This document shows, in pieces, positions 60,367 through 64,000 of a stretch of 64,000 nucleotides of DNA. The DNA comes from Antedon mediterranea (Eukaryota > Animalia > Echinodermata). The stretch covers positions 37,458,304 through 37,522,303 of the forward strand of contig NC_092671.1 in NCBI RefSeq assembly GCF_964355755.1, written 5' to 3'. The notes beneath the pieces are model-generated. The model saw only the letters and a program-made list of their open reading frames with translations, did no database searches and was not told where the DNA came from. The number at the start of each line of letters is the position of its first letter. Position 1 is the stretch's first letter. The translations under genes were made by a program, and so were the position numbers.

Positions 60367-62127
60367 ACATTCATTCATTCAATATTTTATTTCGGAAACT
60401 CTGGTCCATAGAAAGTAAATTACATATAAATGAAATAAATAAAATAAACAAAATTACTACTACTCATCTCAGGATGGCATTCCATCTGGAGAGCATCTTC
60501 GACTTAACTAAGACATTGCTTATAATCGTTGAGATTAAAATATTTTTGCTTGCATTAAGTCTACATATCAGGCCATATATTGATATTCTTAACAATTCAT
60601 AAAAAGAGGGAATTCTACATTCCGTAAACATGAGGCTGGCACTGCAATGTCGAGGCCTTTGCAACAACATTCTTAAACCATTATTGTAGCATACCTGGAG
60701 AGATCGCAAGGTACCTTGATTATAGTTGCACCATAATGTAGCACAATACATATTTACACAATATGTTCTAAATAAAACACATTTCACATTGATAGAACAC
60801 ATACTAAATTTTCTGACCAAGGAGCTCGGATACACAAAGATCTGTATTGCCGCTTTATATCAAACTCATCACATAAATCCAAGGATATAACATGACCAAG
60901 ATATGTGGTTGAGTCCACATAAGCTTTTGCCATTAATGGTAATAATAGGTTTCAATTGAATCCTCCATGACTTAGGACAGATTATCATACAAGATGATTT
61001 CTTAGCATTGTAAACAATATCATTTTTGGCCGCAAAGCATTCAGAAATTTTAATTAGATGTTGCAACCCTGATGCAGAAGGTGATATAAGCACCATATCA
61101 TCTGCATACGATAGGTTGTTAAATTTAATATTATTTAACTCACACCCTTCTTTGCTGTTGCTAAGCTTAATGATAAGATCATTTATATATATATTATACA
61201 GATGGGGAGACATCACTCCTCCCTGTCTAACACCATTTGATACATGAAAGGGCTCCGAAAAGGATTTGCCCCATTTAACAATGAAACACTGAATATTATA
61301 CCAAGCTTTTAGTACTCTAACAATTGGACATGGAGTATCATTAAAGATGTATTGTCCCTTGAAAAACAAAAAATGAAAAAAAAAATATTCTAAATTTAAA
61401 TTGGCCATATCAAACTAATATTAAAGTTATTCACTTTAAGTCGAAAATTTGAGCCAAAAACAACAATTTTACGTAATTAACAGGTAAATTAATTAGATTA
61501 CATTTCATCTGGGAAATCGTCGCAAGCGAAAGTAAACAAAGATTTCAAACCATGAGTATGCATTATGCATGATGCTAATTAGGATTGTTTACAACTTGTC
61601 ACGGTTGAGAAGGTGTTTTCACACAGATCGCGAGGAAGTTTTATGATTATGCATACAGAGTAGCCAAATAAGTGCGTTGCATTATGAGATATGTTTTGAT
61701 TGATTTTTTGAACAAAAAAACAACTGTATTTTGGTTAAATTATTTGTTTTTTTCCGACTAATTTTTGGTGAAAGTTAATAGCTATTATGATACTTCAAAA
61801 TGACCCACTTTTTTTCAAAATTTAAAAAAAAAAATTTTTTGGAATTAGTCAAAGGGACAATACATCTTTAATAATTAATTTCTTAAAAAGTGTCCAATGG
61901 TTCACCCTATCAAAGGCTTTAGAAGCATCGAGGTAGCATACATAGACAGGGCTACCATTACGATAGTAGTGATCAACTATTTGTTTAAAAACAAAAATAC
62001 AAGTTTCTGTACCATGGTTAGATTTAAAGGCAAATTGTCTGTCATCAGAAGTTATAGTATCACCAGATAATTCGATAAGAACATGTTCTAAAACCTTAGA
62101 TATTACACAGGCTAGGGCCTGTAATTG
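60367..62127 (-). mobile_element. 5'-truncated RTE-X-like LINE split by a Kolobok-like MITE
   Basis: YLDASKAFDRVNHWTLFKKL | INDTPCPIVRVL..SNGVRQGGVMSP..YADDMVLISPS joins across 61345-61867. Frameshifts are present. The 3' end reads ATGGACC..GAAATAAA with a (GAAT)n tail. Confidence 0.85.
61345..61867. mobile_element. Kolobok-like MITE with TTAA TSD
   Basis: TTAA|AGATGTATTGTCCCTT ... AAGGGACAATACATCT|TTAA, perfect 16-bp TIRs. Removing it restores the LINE reading frame. Confidence 0.85.
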
Positions 62128-62185
62128 TATTTTTGCTTATAATATTGCTAGAAAGTATTGTTCAAGTTTTCAAGTTTATTGTTTC

Positions 62186-64000
62186 ACACAATACAATACA
62201 ATAGAACAGTAACATAAATTAATAAAAAACAATTGTGTGAGGAGGACGCATTAAGCCAAGGCTTTAAGTTTGGTCCTCCAGATAATTAATAATTTAATTA
62301 TTTAATTTAAGTGAGAGAACAAAAATAAACTTCTTTCTTTTGTCAAATTGACAAATAAAATTAAACAAAAGGCACAAAAAAGACAAAAAAAGGCAATTGT
62401 GAATTACTAATGTTCTAAATAGTTTGAAATAAGTGTTTGTTTGTATTTTGTTTTAAATGTATTTATGATGGTTATTGCTTTTAGATTGAGCGGTAAGTTG
62501 TTCCATATATACGGTCCATTGTAAATAAAAGATGTTCTTCTAAGTAATATGGTATGCTTTTCGTATATCAGATTTTTTGCAGTTGAAGATCTGGTGTTGT
62601 AAGAATGATTAAAATTTTGAAAATAGGAGTAAAATTGAGTTGGTAATTTATTATGATTTAGGCGGAACATGAATAAAGCTGTTTGGAGTTTATTTATATC
62701 AAATATATTTAAAGTATTGAGAGAATAAAAAAGTGGTTTAGTATGAGATTTTGGAGGTGCTCCCGAACAGATTCTGATAGCCTTTTTTTGTAATTTAAAG
62801 AGAGAATTAATTTTCGTGTTATCAGAACCTGTCCAGGGGCAGCATCCAGTAAATTTATCTACAGTTGTAGCCCAAGCAACATTGCAGTATGATTAATAGG
62901 GTAAAATAAGAGTATTATACAAGGAAAATAAGATGTTTAAACGAAGTATGTACTTCAATTTACTTAAAATTCCAACGTTTCTCAAGATTATTTTAGTTAA
63001 ATATGTTATGTGAGGTTTCCAATTTAGTTCCGAGTCAATAGTGACTCCAAGAAATTTTAAGTTTTCTGTTCTCTTTATTTGGTTGCCATTGATATATAAT
63101 TGCTCTGTTAGCTTTTTTTATTAATATTAAAATAAAAAAATAAATAATAATAGTTTTTGAAATATTCAATGATAACTTATTTGCTTTAAACCAAAGAGAC
63201 ACTTTGTTAAGTTCATTATTGATTATAGATACAAGATTATTTTTGTTTTCGTGAGAAATAATAACATTTGTGTCATCTGCAAATAAGATAAAATTAAATA
63301 ATTTTGAAACATTTGGAAGATCATTAACGTAAATTAAAAAGAGTAGTGGGCCAAGGATTGACCCTTGTGGTACCCCACAGGTAACATGCAAGAGTTGAGA
63401 ATTGGTTGAGTTTATTGATGTATATTGTTGGCGAAATGATAAGTAGTCTTTTAAAAGTAGTAGTGGAAGACCTCTGACACCATAATTCGATAATTTAGAA
63501 ATAATAATGTTATGATTTATGGTGTCAAATGCTTTTGACAAATCTAAAAAAATACCGATAGTATGGTGCTTGTTTGCAAGTGATTTAGTTATTTTTTCAT
63601 ATAAGTGGAGAAGTGCGAGATCTGTGGAATGTGATTTTCGAAAGCCATATTGATTGTTGTATATAATATTATGTTTTGTGAAAAAAGAAATTAGACGAGC
63701 ATATATTAGCTTTTCAAATATTTTTGAAAAACATGGAAGTAAAGCAATCGGTCTATAATTTGAAAATTTATGGGGGTCATCTTTTTTAAAAATAGGCACA
63801 ATTTTGGCAACTTTTAGCGCATTAGGAAATTTCCCACATTTAAATGAAAGGTTAAAGATGTGACATAAAGTTTTAGAAATAAACGGAGAAATTTGTTTAA
63901 TAACGTTGGAATGTATTTCATCTACACCAGGACTTTTATTATTTTTGAGCTCTTCGGTTGCATTAATTATGTCTCTTTCAGTGATTGGTGAAAGGAACAT
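62186..64000 (-). mobile_element. CR1/L2-group LINE, RT region with frameshifts, running off the window end
   Basis: [41 protein letters not shown] and FADDT in ORF 63035-64000. C-terminal GPYIWNNLP in ORF 62407-62670. 3' stem-loop GGAGGAC...GTCCTCC and an (ATTGT)n tail. Confidence 0.93.

Overview
AT-rich, intron-rich eukaryotic genomic DNA. The gene content and the Deu/Nin-type SINE fragments suggest an invertebrate deuterostome, probably an echinoderm (inference). I assembled four spliced genes by hand from GT-AG junctions with consistent phase. (1) Minus strand, 3734-16455, 20 coding exons, about 911 aa: a DZANK1-like protein that lacks the zinc ribbons and is fused in frame to a complete four-repeat annexin core, with an X-box upstream. 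(2) Plus strand, 18985-23062: L-lactate dehydrogenase, about 371 aa, with a hydrophobic N-terminal extension. (3) Minus strand, 27515-43345: a type-I membrane protein of about 1395 aa with 11 FN3 repeats and an R3-RPTP-like stalk but no phosphatase domain. (4) Plus strand, 45359-55990: a kinase-less DAPK-like ANK-ROC-COR-death-domain protein of about 927 aa with a degenerate GTPase G3 motif. Downstream of gene 4 lie seven in-frame symmetric microexons inside a satellite-like repeat and a decayed DED-like exon. Introns and intergenic DNA are packed with MITEs (more than 20 copies of one Harbinger-like family), LINE fragments, a deleted Gypsy LTR element, a Helitron and nested insertions. No RNA-seq or database search was possible, so all gene models and novelty claims need confirmation.
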